This document shows, piece by piece, positions 26,201 to 39,500 of a DNA stretch of 64,000 nucleotides. The notes beneath the pieces are model-generated. The model saw only the letters and a list, made by a program, of their open reading frames with translations. It was not told where the DNA came from and did no database searches. Every line of letters starts with the position of its first letter. Positions within the stretch are counted from its first letter, which is position 1. Source of the stretch: Ptychomitrium polyphyllum. Lineage: Eukaryota. Position numbers and translations under genes: made by a program. The stretch lies in assembly GCA_973851085.1 (NCBI GenBank), contig OZ316776.1:6138001-6202000 (forward strand), given 5' to 3'.

Positions 26201-26659
26201 GACCTTTCCTCTTGGCTTAATGCAGGTATTGGATCTGGAGGTTCATATGCGTCGGCAGCGGCAAGGGCTCTTATTGACTTGCCGGATTGGGATGCTGAGG
26301 CGATTGGTGAGTGTCTTTGAAAGCTAGGACGGTTGATTGTTAATATCGCAGAATCTATTTTATGCAATGATATGTTTCTTTTCTATGTGTTTAACTCATT
26401 TTCATAGTGTTTAATTTGGTTTCTTCGAATCAGGCATTCGGATTCTGACCTGGGATGTTGATGGTTATTTGCGTGCATGTATGGTTGGGGTTTATGGGAA
26501 TTTTCAGCTAAGAAAGCGATGAAGATTGCTGCAGATTGTTGCATATACACAAATCACAACTTCACAATTGAGCTAATTGATGTTGCTCCAAGGAGTTCTG
26601 AGGTTGTAAAGCAGGCAGCCAGTCTATCTACGTCAGAGCCTTGTCGCACAAGCAGTTAG
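23233..26659 (+). CDS. hslV: HslV/ClpQ threonine protease subunit, probably mitochondrial
   Basis: Spliced translation: [35 protein letters not shown] (24686-24864), [19 protein letters not shown] (25157-25219), microexon 25608-25612, [22 protein letters not shown] (25786-25851), [10 protein letters not shown] (25988-26072), GIGSGGSYA (26226-26306), [15 protein letters not shown] (26508-26659). The leader exons (23233-23254, 23652-23750) are in phase but the start codon is uncertain. Confidence 0.92.
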
Positions 26660-28421
26660 AAGGAAAGTCTGTCTAAATCAGAAGGTTCAGCATTATGCTT
26701 CTGATCCAATTTTGATTCTGGAAGAATAATGATTCGCATCAGTGCAGGATCTTAGAAGCCTGTGCGATTTAGTTTGCCACGACCGAAGTTAACTACATGG
26801 ATGACATCATCCAAAACCTTAGGTTCATATTCAGCTGATAGAGTTTATCAAGGTAGAGTTGAGACTATTTACATTTTAAGTGAAGACCACTTGTATCGTC
26901 TCATAAATAAGAAAGTTGTTTTGTGAGTAGTGGTTTCTGACGTGTAGGTCAGAATTGTTGGCACTTAATGTCAATGAGAAGTTACTTAGCTTTTTTATTA
27001 GACACTTATTGTGGATACTTGTTTGCCTTGCTATTACTTAATGAAGTTGGAGACGCGATGCTGACTAGTTCAGAGTGGTAGATACTCTACTTAACAGTTG
27101 AAACTTGATATGTAGAACTGGTTTTGGACTTAATCCTCAATGTTGGTTCTTTCTTCTTTCTGAGAACAAGTCTCGTGAAGGTTTATTATGGCAGTGTATA
27201 CTTGTGATAGATTGTGAGCTTGAAACGATTGAGTCTCTGCGTGGTGAAAGGATGTGACGAACCAAGCGGAGAAATAATGTCTTTTTCCTGTGAATGGAAT
27301 CGGCACCCTTGCCAGTCTTCGATTCTTTCTAAGTTGTAGAACTTGTCCTTTTGAAGCAGGTCAAACAACTTATTTGTTTTACATGAACATTGTCTGTGCA
27401 ACTCTGCAGACTTCAGAGATGCTAACCTTACGAAAAGCATAGTGTACGTTTATCCTTCTTTTGTACGTCACAAGCTTTGCAGCTCGAACTTGCAGTCTTA
27501 AGAGTTATATTATTTCGACTCTTGAACTTCCAGTATCTGTCGGTAACAGTACTAAATTCATGCTCTGAACTTGTTGCAGGTGGCTTTTGGCAGCTCATGT
27601 GACGGTGCAGACAGTTCTTCAAAGCTAATTTCTTCAAGCTCTACTGCCTACGAGTCTCTGTGTGGTCAAAGCAGCATTTGAATAAATCAGTTTCTACAGT
27701 TATTTTTCGACTAAGCACGTCTTCTTCACTGACTAGAAGAATTCCGATCACCGCAAGGTTCAACTTCTAACGTTCATCCAGGTGGTCTTAAGCGCGTTCC
27801 GTTAAACTCCTTTCAATACAGAACTCCTAACAACCAAGTCTCGGAAAGTTTCCTTTCGAACATCGAAGTCACTGCATTTTTAGACGGCCTTCTCCTTGCC
27901 AACCTCCGGAAAAGCCTCCACGCATGACTTGCAAGAGAAAGAGGCATCCTTCGGGTAACCCGCTCTTGACACTCAACGTGCAAGCACTATTAAGCACATC
28001 TGAAAGCACCTGCAGGAACACCTGCACTGTGCACCGCCAGATCCCCGGATTTCCAGGTGCAAGATTCTCCGGTAGGTTAGGAGATTAGTCAACAGCGAAT
28101 GGGATACGCTGTTCATATGTCCGACATCGATTCTAAACTTAGCGAGGGCAAGAACACTGTACTGTGCCTAGATTATCATATCCCAGACTCTATACACTAG
28201 TACCTTGGTGGATTGATTATTGAAATCCCGTTTTTGCGAACGCACGCCCTCGTACTGTGCAGTATATAGCCAGATTGCTTCCGTTTCCTGCATTCTCTGC
28301 TTCGGGGGAGGCGGAGTTTTGTGGTTTTCTGAAGAGGATGTGAACTACGGCTTGAAGGTGAAGTGGGGCGGCGCTTGTGGGTGACAGCGAGGCAGCTGTC
28401 GCTATAGCTTCAAGGTCAAAA

Positions 28422-31372
28422 ATGGCGTTGGGGAGGCACGACTCGTCGCTTGATCTTTACAACATCGAGCTGCAGAAGGTGAGTGCCAGATCGTGACCGA
28501 GGCTCAATTCAAATGTCTGGGAACTAGGGAGAATCACTTGGCTTTCTGTGACTTTTGTAATTCAGAAGCTTTTTTCGTGAATGTGGCGGGGTAGGGTGGT
28601 TCCAATTTTTGCTTGATTTTTGGATCTCGGCGTCAGATCTAGCTTCTACTTTAAAACATTCTGAAAGGAATCATGCACTCTCGCCCTTTCTCCGAATCCT
28701 TTTTCGATTAGAAGGTGATTAGTTCGTAAATGGTTTTAATGCGACGTGCGCGGCGTGGTTAGGGGGTTATTAAAATGGCTGCAGTTGTGGGTGTCTTCTC
28801 TTCGTTTAAGTCACTCACTATTGGTTCGAAGATCCGATGTGCATTTCACTCTTTCTTTCTTTCTCGAGCATTTCCCTTACCAGGATTAATGCACTGATTA
28901 TCTGAACCTGAGTCTTGGGGTGAAGGTGTGCTTTGAACAGTGAGGTTGTGTACTGTGCTGGCAGTGAAGATTTTCAGTTGAATCCTGCCGTGGCCTGGAA
29001 AAACTAATTACTGTTTAAAGATTCCGTCACCCATTTTCCAGAAACCATGTCTTCAAGAATTCATCTATCATGATCATTGAGCTTGTTGAAAGGCACCTCA
29101 GAGCACATCTCACCATATCTGCCTCATCTAAGTACAATGACAACTTACTTTTGATATGAATTTTCCGAAACGTCATCACTGACAATGCCATGCGTGTTTT
29201 GGTTCGATTTTGCAGCAATCTTCTGTTCTCTTGGCACAGCCACAAAGGGTAAGTATGATTGACCTCTGCTTGCAATTCAAATAAGACCTTGTGCTCTGTT
29301 TCTGGCAGCATACCTAACCTCAACTAAGCTGGCAGTCTCCGGAACTCCTCGTAACAAAGATCGATTGATTCTGCAATAACAATATAGCTCATGTGTGGGA
29401 AATGAACCAGAAGGGTGCTGACGGCGAGCGCGTCACTGATTTGGAAGCATGGTTACCCATCACCACAAACCGCACCGCCAACTGGAAGCATGCGGCTTTT
29501 CACAACGTGACGGCAATGATGGGAGCCGGCGTCCTTGCTTTACCCAACGCCATGGTCTACCTCACATGGTACCAATCTACACACCCTTCGATTTATATTT
29601 CAGCTTGACACACTTCACCTATCGTCCTCATCTATCCTGCTTTATTTCTATAACCGTTCATGCATGCACGGATACTCTTCTCCACATTTTGAGATGTACG
29701 TGGAAATTGATTTGTAGGGGTCCAGGAATATTGATGCTCATCCTATCATGGGCCATTACCCTCTTCACGCTCTGGCAGATGGTGGAAATGCACGAATCGG
29801 TCCCGGGACGACGCTTTGACAGATACCATGAACTCGGACAAGAAGCATTCGGCACCAAATTAGGTCTCTGGATCGTCGTCCCCATGCAGTTAGTAGTGGA
29901 GGTCGGCGTGGACATCGTCTACATGGTAACAGCAGGCAAATCCTTGCAACACGCTTACACCATTACTTGCGGCAACCACTGCCATTTCCAGGACAGTATT
30001 GTCTTCTGGATTTTTCTCTTCGCTCTCGTTCAACTTGTCTTTGCCCAGCTGCCCAACTTCAACTCCATAGCCGGCATCTCTTTAGCTGCGGCCATAATGT
30101 CCATCAGTTATTCCACCATAGCCTGGGTCATTCCAGCTCACTACGGCCATGCACTTCCAGGAGACATCCAATTACTGCGACCAGTGAGCTACGGATTGCC
30201 GCAGTTCAAACCCGTGAAGATAGTCCAGCCAGGTGGGTCACAGCTCCAGGCAGTTCCTGAAGAGTTGACAACTGCCGATCGGTGGTTTGGTGCCTTCACT
30301 GCACTTGGCACAATGGCATTCGCATATGCAGGCCACAACGTCGTCTTGGAAATCCAGTCCACGCTTCCGTCTACTCCAGAGCAGCCATCCAAGATTGCTA
30401 TGTGGCGAGGTGTGAAAGTTGCGTATGGAGTTGTTGCAGCTGGCTATTTTCCAGTTGCGTTGATCGGCTATTGGGCTTACGGTAACCAAGTGACGGATGA
30501 CATCATCACGTTCGTTTCGCAGCCAACTTGGTTGGTATTTATTGCCAATTTGATGGTGGTTGTTCATGTAATTGGAAGCTACCAGGTACCATCACCCTAT
30601 TTCAGATTCAACACATTCTTAAGTCTAGAATTAGCTCTATTCAGAAGGTTTTCAACATTCTCAGGTTCTGTTTCTTTTCTTTTGAACATTGTTGGATTTA
30701 TGTGAAGTGCAGATTTATGCCATGCCAGTGTATGATATGCTGGAATCGACTTTGGTGGGGCATTTTCGGTTTAAGCCCTCGACGGTTCTCCGACTTGTCA
30801 CTCGCTCCATCTACGTTGGCTTCACTATGTTCATTGCCATGACGTTCCCATTTTTTGCAGCCCTTCTTGGATTTTTTGGAGGGTTTGCTTTCTCTCCAAC
30901 CACGTACTTTGTGAGTCAACGTCGCCCTAAATCTCCCAATCACTCCCAATGAATTTCAGTATCGTTTTGTAATTTTATTTCATTGCCTTCCCTTTCACTG
31001 CCTCGAAAATTTCGAATTTTTAATTGTGATGTTTTTGCTGCCTGTGCCTCTACTGAATCTGCAGCTGCCTTCAATCATGTGGTTGATGATCTATCGGCCG
31101 GAAAGAATGAGTCGAACTTGGATTCTAAACTGGGTAATGCTCTCAGACCTTCCCACCTTGCTTCAATGCTGTTTCAGTGATTATGAGCTTTGGATTGGTT
31201 GTTGAATGTTATACATTTTCAGTATCTGATGACTGACCGTAGCTGACTGCAATCATTTGAATGTGTGCAGGCAGTGATCGTGTTCGGTGTGGTCCTCATG
31301 TTTTTGTCAACCATCGGTGGTTTCCGGTCCTTAATGGTGGAAGCAAATGGGTTCCACTATTTCAGAACATAA
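28422..31372 (+). CDS. LHT: Lysine-histidine transporter (LHT)-like amino acid permease, AAAP family
   Basis: Motifs WLPIT..AAFHNVTAMMGAGVLALP, TLWQMVEMHE..RFDRYHELGQ.AFG, LPNFNSI, AFAYAGHNVVLEIQ, HVIGSYQ, GFFGGFAFSPTTYF. Exons approx. 28422-28478, 29216-29248, 29411-29567, 29719-30586, 30712-30910, 31064-31133, 31271-31372. The small 5' exons are less certain. Confidence 0.93.
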
Positions 31373-31862
31373 CCACTATTCTTTTATCACTCCCATCGTC
31401 CATCTAAATATACACTGGAATCATTTTCTTCTATTGTGTGATACTTTAGCTTTGATTAATGTGGGGCCTTGAGCATTACTGTTGAGCTCAACTATCACAA
31501 CGAAATCCTCGAAGGTTGGTGATTCATTACACCTTTGCGTTAGCAGAAGGGAACTTGAATCCCAAAAGAAAATGTGTGGCAAGAGAAAATGTCATCGAAA
31601 TTTCTTTGAAGGCTTGTTTCAAGGACCGTTTGTATTAAATGATTTTGAATTGGAGTAGGTAACTTATGAGAGAAATTAGTTGCATTTTCTATATAGGTGA
31701 ACTAATTCCATTTGAGAGCCAGGAGCACATGTGATCTTGGTAATGACTGAAGAAAATTGCAGGCCTTGTACACAAACGTGTTTCTTGCAAATTTCAATGG
31801 ACAGGGAAATGACATTGTAACTGCGAATTTTGAATCAAACCTCTTCTAGGTAATCATGACCC

Positions 31863-31948
31863 TTCTTAACACCCTCTCAACGCCCTCTCCAGAAGGGGAT
31901 AATTCTTCTTAACACCCTCTCAACGCCCTCTCCAGAAGGGGATAATTC
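31863..31948. repeat. Perfect 43-bp tandem duplication
   Basis: TTCTTAACACCCTCTCAACGCCCTCTCCAGAAGGGGATAATTC twice. Confidence 0.95.
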
Positions 31949-32520
31949 TATCATTAGAAGGCACAGTTCCATTATCAAGACCTTTTTCAACTATTGTTGA
32001 ACCAAAGATTGAGCGGGTTTGTACATCAAGTCACCAAACTAGACTCATATCTTCATTCATCCATCTTCACGTGTATTATTATTATTGATTTACCACCTTC
32101 CAAGGGGAGGGTGGGTTCACTAGGTTCGCAGGAATATTATGATGAACATGACAATTAGGTGTATGCCTCAATGTTTTCAATATACATCAAAATATCTGAA
32201 GACCTGATTGATACGTCTGGGTATTCGTTTCTGAAACATTGTTTACTTCAACGTACTATACATGAGCGAAATATGAGCAACATGATGTTTTCAAAAATGA
32301 TGTGGAAATTCCTCTTGCAGGAAGGTTGTATATGCAAATACTACAATAAAAAACAAAATAGGAGATTAGCTCCCGAAGTAAGAGAAAGGTTGCTAATCCA
32401 TTGCCCGTCACTGTAGATGCATCTGACATAATCTACGAATTCAGTAGTTTTTTTTTTTTTTTTTTTTGTACTCTTCTGAATCGCCTTGTTCTCCAGTCTC
32501 CCCTGTACTAGGGCTGAGCC

Positions 32521-32737
32521 AGGGTTTAGGGTTTATGCTCCTCACCCTCCCCCTTGAGTTCCTATTCCACCACTCACATCGCATGAGGTTCGCTCCAATT
32601 CCTACTCCACATTCTACTCCACACCATTCTTCTCGTATGATCTTGTAATTCTTCACAAGAAAGTATTGCACAGCAAAGCTCGTAGTTTTTGTCATCTACC
32701 TGAATGGAGGGTGATTGTGTTGTTGAGTTTAGGGTTT
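32521..32737 (-). promoter_or_regulatory. Telo-box motifs (AAACCCTA) upstream of the helicase-like gene
   Basis: TAGGGTTT at 32527-32534 and 32730-32737. Telo-boxes are typical of plant translation and ribosome-biogenesis gene promoters. Confidence 0.5.
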
Positions 32738-33109
32738 TGAGTTTTAGGGGTAAGGGTTGTGGTTTCTTCACAAGAGAGTATTAGAGCTCTACCTGCTAGA
32801 TTTCGGTTAGCTATGTGAATGGGCGATGATTGTTGGTTGTATCTGGATTTGGAGATTTGTTCGGTGTTGTATTCTCTGCTGGAGTAGTTTCTGGATTTGG
32901 TAATTTTGTGCTTCGTGGCACTGGACGCTTCTGAGGTGATGATTCTGGAGTAAACCTACATGGGGCAAATTTGAGGTTATGATACAGGAGTAGGCGTTAA
33001 TCTTCTGCTATATGTGGATTTTGGTAGCTTTGCTGGGAATTGAGCGGTGGGTTTTCTTTTAATGTTTTCAGTTAGAAGACACAAGGAAGTTGTGGTTGGT
33101 TGAGTAGAG

Positions 33110-36100
33110 ATGGCGAAAGGAGATGATGCCCTGGCGAAGAAGAAGAACAAGGCGATTCGGAAGCGTAACCGGAGAGCTGGAGCTGGCACTACTGAGGCCA
33201 TCGAGGGTGTGCAGTCGCACAAGCGTCGTAGGAAGGCCGGGACGCGACGAGTCTGCGAGGTGATCTTTTAATCTCTTCAAAGCTGAATCCTGGAATCGCA
33301 AAACTGTTTCCTGGTTTATTGTGAACGCCTTGTATGTCATAGCCTTCGTTTTGTGTGCTTTGAGCAGCTGGGATAGAACGATGTTTGGTATAAGATTTGT
33401 CGGGCCTATGTTTGCAGGCAATGTGCTATTCTCTCCCTACACCTGATGATCCGTTTCTTAACAAGAAGAAACATCGTAAGGGCAGTAACTCTTTTCAAGC
33501 AAATCGGTCTGCTGAAAGCGTAGATGAGCTACCCACAAGTGATACTGATACAGAACGTAGAATCGAGAAACGGCCAAAGAATGCGAACGGTGTAAAAGAT
33601 GACAGTAATAAGACGAGCCCTGCACGATCAAATCAGAAAGCTCAAGGTGATGGGTCTCGTAAGGGAGACGTCAAATCCTCTAGTGCAAAGCCGTCAAAGA
33701 AGGTTGTCTGGGATCCAAGCCTTGATCGCATTTTGTCGGAAGCAAAAGGCAAGACAGGGGATGCATCGAGCGCAGCAGAGCGTGCCTTTCAGTTGGCAGT
33801 TTCCTCCATTTTTGAGGTCAGAGATTCTGACAGTAGTTCTATAGGGTCAGCTGCACCAGCTGCTGGTGAGTTCGAGCGACAATGGTGGCACGCATGTGCA
33901 CAGGGAGTAGGCGTGCTAGGGACTGGTTCTGGCAATTCCTGCGTCCAAGCGTATGTAGTGGGGGCTGCTCCTCACATTGCGGTTCAGCGGAAATTGTATG
34001 GGTCGACGCAAGGTCCTATTGCTTTAGTCTTGGTGAAGTCCAAGGAGCATGCACTTTCTGTAAGTCTCTTCATTTTGACCTGATTTGGGATCACAGCAAT
34101 TACATTAAGTTCACTGCAGTTTCTTAGTTGATTTGAGAACAATTTTCTCTGGTTTCTATCACCTTTAGATCATTCTGCTCACATGATCCTCAATGCTTGT
34201 TGAATGTGTCCGTTGCCGGTGCAGGTTATCTGCTTTGGAATTCTTTAGTCCAATGGTGATACTTTTTTGTAGTCCTGCTGCCATCGTCTTAAGCCTTATT
34301 TTAGAATATGCTTTCTTTATTGAAACTTTTATGTTTAAGTGCTTACGTATCAAATATCTTGTTGCTGAAAAGGACTTTTGTTCTTCTTTAGGTATCCTTT
34401 TCTTTTCTTTTTCTTTTATAAATAATATCAAAACGTTATATATATATATTCTTGTATTCCTTGTCTCCTTACCTGCAGGTCCGCCAGATTTGCAAGCCTC
34501 TCAAGAAAGTTTTGAACATCCACTCAGTTAGTCTTCACTCCGATGCATCCATCGATCACCAAGTTAACGGGTAGGTCCATTTACTGTATGCCATGAATTC
34601 AGTTCTAATGACGTACGAAATGTGAATGGTCAATTTGCAGACTTCTGTTCTTTTCTGGTTAGACTATTTGTTAGGATTGGTTTGCGTGCGTGAGTGACAG
34701 AGCTCTGGTTACCTGGGCTGGAGAGTGCAGGAAATGACCTTCTATGAGGTTTATATCTTGGGGTTTTGGGAATCAGGCTCGCCGTGCAGACACCAGAAAT
34801 CATTGTAGCAACACCTGATCGTCTTTGCCAGCTACTCACTCTCTGCACTTTAAATGTCTCATCAGTCTCGTACGTGGTAAGTTAGAGTTGTTTGTGAATT
34901 ACCTGTTTCAGCTTGTGAAGCATCAGCTCCCTTCACTTCTTGTGTTGAACTTTTTAAACAGTGTCAATACATTGGATAGACTTATTCGTGCAAAATCTTC
35001 TGAGCAGGTTGTAGATGGCTTAGATGATCTTATCAACGGAGGCTTCCGAGAGCAGCTAAATAGTATCAGCCAGCAACTTCAGAAGGGCTTACAGGTTGGC
35101 GTTTTGAGTAGAACGTTTTCAGCGGATACTGTCAGTGCCGTTGGCAATTGGCTCCAGCATCCGATTGTCCGAGCTGGAACAGAGAAGAATGTGCCAGCTT
35201 GCAGTGCTTGCATCTCGCAGGTGGTTTCTGTTGTGACAACGGAGAGGTCTAAACTATCGAAGGTAATATCCTAACCATATGCTAACATCTAATTCAAATG
35301 CCACTGAACAACTATATTTTCTCGGGGGAAAAGAGTTCTTTTCTTTAGCTAGCTACCGCCGTTTGACAACTTGGTCTTATATCTAAGTCAATGTTGTTAA
35401 TCAAAATTTCTTTTTAATGAGGGCAGCAACAACTCTTTACTGATTACGTTAATTCTATACGTAATTTCATTCTTATCATATACGCTAGATTTCCAGTATT
35501 ATGCAATGTTTTGAATTCAGGTTTTAATAAGAGAAACAAACTAGGTAACAGTTTATGTTATCTGCTTTTCCGTGAACTGTTTGTTCTATAAAGCTATTAG
35601 CTTTAGTGCCAGTTTTAGCTCAACAATGTGAATGGTGATCATGTAATTGTGATGCTTCAGTTTGACAAAATTCTTGAGCAAGTACGGAAGAATCAGGACT
35701 ATAACCAAATCAAGGGAAAAGTATTACTTCTAGTAAAAAGTATAGAGCAGTTTCCAGCAATGGATTTGCTTCTAAAACACAAATTCGTTCCACAAATCAT
35801 TAGCGAATCTGATATTGCACCAAGGTACATATGCTTCTTACTTTGACAGTTTGTGACCATAACATCTTTGTGACCTATTCTCCAGGGAACTACAAGTAAT
35901 CATCTAAGTGTTTGTCCGTTGATGTTTTTCATAGCTTTGTGGCTTTATGTTGCTTAATGCGCTTGCTTTCTGCTCCCTTTCGGTTGACGTCAAGTTTGTT
36001 TTGTACAAATAGCATTTGATACAACCCTCTTGCCTGATAGGGTACCCATATGCGAAGTGAATCTTTAATATGCCCGTTTAGAGTAAGCTAAGTGGAAGTG

Positions 36101-36550
36101 TATGTTCCACGTCCTAATTACCGCCCTAGTGGCCAGAAGCGGCAGGTTTAATCTGGTTTGAAGCGAATCAACAGGTTTTGCTGATATGTATCTTTCCATT
36201 TCCAGCACGTGTACATCTTTTTATTGACAGCGGGATATTTCATTTGTTTTGGTAGCAGGGAAGAGAGACGGCGAATATTGGTTGCAGAATTCGATACTTC
36301 CATCGAGCAGTCGTTGTTAGCAAAAGTAGAGGTAACCATAAATTACGATTTGTGCTGGCCCATAGCGCATTACTCACAAGTTTTGACGGGAATGGCGCGG
36401 AGTAGCCTGAAAGGCAAGATTGAGACATTGTGCAGTGGAGCCGCCGCGTTGCAGGCCAACGATTTGGTGAATCTGTTGGAGGCTTGTGATCAGCTAGTAC
36501 CCAGGCCTTTGCTTCTCCTGGCTCAAGCAGCCGCTCTTCTACATAAATGA
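33110..36550 (+). CDS. Degenerate DEAD-box helicase-like / P-loop superfamily protein (plant MAKGDD...MC.SLPT.DDPF family)
   Basis: N-terminus MAKGDDALAKKKNKAIRKR..KRRRKAG.RRVCE/AMCYSLPTPDDPF. Helicase-like segments GPIALVLV.SKE.A..VRQICKPL, SVSLH..ASIDHQV.GL, PEIIVATPDRL, YSQVLTGMAR. Exons approx. 33110-33259, 33418-34059, 34479-34570, 34777-34876, 35008-35262, 35661-35824, ~36255-36550. Confidence 0.85.
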
Positions 36551-39500
36551 CTCGTCATGCAAGGCCACTCTCTATAGTTGCTCTGATGATTTGTGCCAGG
36601 TTTTCACACCTGAAGCAAGGGTGGTAGTATTCTCCTATTCATCATGTATTAATTCAAGATCACACAATTGTTAGAGCGGGCACTTATTCTTAGACCTCCA
36701 CCAGCAGAGTCATTCTTGTCATATTTATCATAGTCCGACTTTTCTTGGAATCACTGGCATTTATTTCTACGTCATTCTCTGCGGTAACTGATTCCCTGAA
36801 AATGCAGAACATGTTTGAGAGCGCTATATACATCTTTGACACCTTACTTGCGAATCCTGAGCCTTGGCTCTTCACTGAAGGTTTTCGTGTTTTTCATGTT
36901 TTCGCATTATCACATCCATTGTTCTACAATGGAGGGCGACATCGGTTCGTTTGTTTAGATTTTTGAGTCTGAAGGTGTTCGGGTGGCAATCATGACTGAC
37001 AGCAATCATGAAGAACGATTTACTCTCGATAAGATCCTGCAATTTATCTACAAAGGGTTTCTGTTGTGAGAAGAGTTTTACAAGTTCATATTACCCTACT
37101 GGTATTGTGTTGGTGCAGCTATAGTTGTAGCACAATGAGATACATTTGTCCGGGGGATGTGGAGTGATCCTTCATTGAGCACAATAGAGGGTGTGGCAAT
37201 CACTTATCCACATTTTCCAATGATCAATTTTGTATGTGGGTTTTTATGACAGAACAAGAAAGGAACGTGGAAATTGTGGATGGATACTGTAGCCCCACCA
37301 AATCATGTTACTTGATGCATTTGCGTCATAATAAGCACAAGTAGCATAATGCAAGTTACTAAGTTTGAATGTGCAAATGCATTTTGCAATTTTCTAAGAA
37401 ACCCAATAATCTTCCAGGGTAAGATTCTATGTGCTTTTAAAACGTTTTGAAGTCACTTGAAAATAAATGAATATGTCCTGTTGACTCTAGGCTAGCATAC
37501 AAGTGCAATGATGGGTCCTTGAAAACTGTCACAATATTTGTAGTAGAATAGGTATAATGTAACCCATGTTCATACTTTGGTATCAAAATTAATGTGAATA
37601 TGATACTTTTTAAAGATATTTTATAAGTTTTTTTTAAAACATAAATCTTTTATAATTATAATACTAAAATTTCAGTACAAAAGATATTTTATCATTATTT
37701 CTTGACACTAATTTGAGAAGCTTTTACCATAATTGGTGTGAGGATCAGTGTAGAATTTCACACTTTGTTTTGGGTTTCTCAATAATGACAATGATTATTA
37801 TACCTACAATTGGTAAAAACGTAAATCAAAATCAAAGGCACACCAACCTGGGCTCAACTAAATGAAGAATTAGTGAGGTGCATTTGTGAAATTCATTGCT
37901 AAAGCTATGTTTATTATTTTGACAAAACTCACACCACCAAATTGAGCCCACATGAGTTATTTACATTCTAGTTATACCACCATGCTATTTACACCACCAA
38001 ATTTTTGGTGACAGCAAAATAATGAATATAACGTTTGTTAATATGATAGTTCATTTCAAAATTTAGACCTCGCAGTTGAAGAGAAGGACACTTGCCTTTC
38101 AGTTTCATAGTAGTTAATTGTCGTTGTGCAGAGAGCTCACAGGAAATGCACATCTTACTGGCAACCTTCTCATTCTCCATCAATTGACCTACAATGATGA
38201 AGAGAACCTTAACTTAATGGTTTTAGCAGAATAATTTAACACCTTGTGAGTGCCCTGGAGGCTTGTCCCTATAGTGACCTCAATATGGTATATACTATTG
38301 ATGTACAAGCTCATCATACAAGTACCATAGGCTAAGTGGAAGTTTTAGGTCAACTTTGAACACCATGCAAGTGGTAAGTAGGAAGTTTTGATTATCTCAC
38401 AGGGTATGCCATGTCTCCTCTTGTGTTCCTACCTGTATTGATGTTTCAATCTACTGCGTGGGATCTTGCAGTGGTGATCTTACACCGGATTCAGTGGGAA
38501 TATTGAGGATGCTTTTTGGGGTTTGGACACTTTAAAGAGACTGTAAGCAGGTTTGGAATATTTGTACATAATTGCAGTTCATGGCCTTTAAAAATGGTTT
38601 AATTTGTACCTATTGTGTAACTCTAGTACTGGAGCCTAAAACTAGACAATCCAAAAGGAATGATTTCTGTAGATTTTGATTTGAGTCCTCTGGAGCTTCA
38701 CCGTTCAAGATTCATAAGTCATTTTTATAGCGATTGAAATTTACTTTCTCTCTCTCTTACAAATATATGTCACTCGGATCCCGGATAGTTTGTTCTTTTT
38801 TTCATAGATTCGCATCAAAACACTGATTCTAATCTACATTCTTGTAATCTTGTAAAGTGAAAGTCTTACCGTACTATTCCATGTGATAAAATTTGCAGGG
38901 ACTTTTCTAGAAATCGGTTTAAAGGCCCTTCACTATTCTTCACAAAGAACATAAGTTGCAAAGTTTGTTAGTGTTTGATAATCTATGACATGGAAGTTGC
39001 TTCATTTCTCATTAATATTCTTTATGGTTTTAAAAACACACCACTATGTTCGTATACTTTATTTGTTTCTCACATAAAGTCTGACCTTTTGAGGCGAATG
39101 GATGCACTGTTGATGAACAATCGTATGTAGCTTTGTGAAAATGAGACTCTAAGCGGAAGGGCTAGGTGGTTTGCGTGCACAGAACCATGGAGCATAGCAT
39201 ATAGCTTTGCTCTCAGGAGTTAAGAATGAATGAAACAAGCTTGAGGGACTTCATTGATTGACTTATATGATGTTCCTGTGCTCCCGGTCACCATGTCCAA
39301 GTTGAGGACAATGCGGTTCTATCTTCATCTCTACACGGACTGCTCCTCACAACACTTCGACGTACCTTTGGATCTTGTAAGAATTCATAATATCCTTGAT
39401 AGAGTACTGTACAATCCTCGTTGAATCTCAAAACACCATCTATACCTTTGCGTTTACGAATGTGCTGGTTAGAGAGCCTCAAGTGGCTGAAGAATTGATC

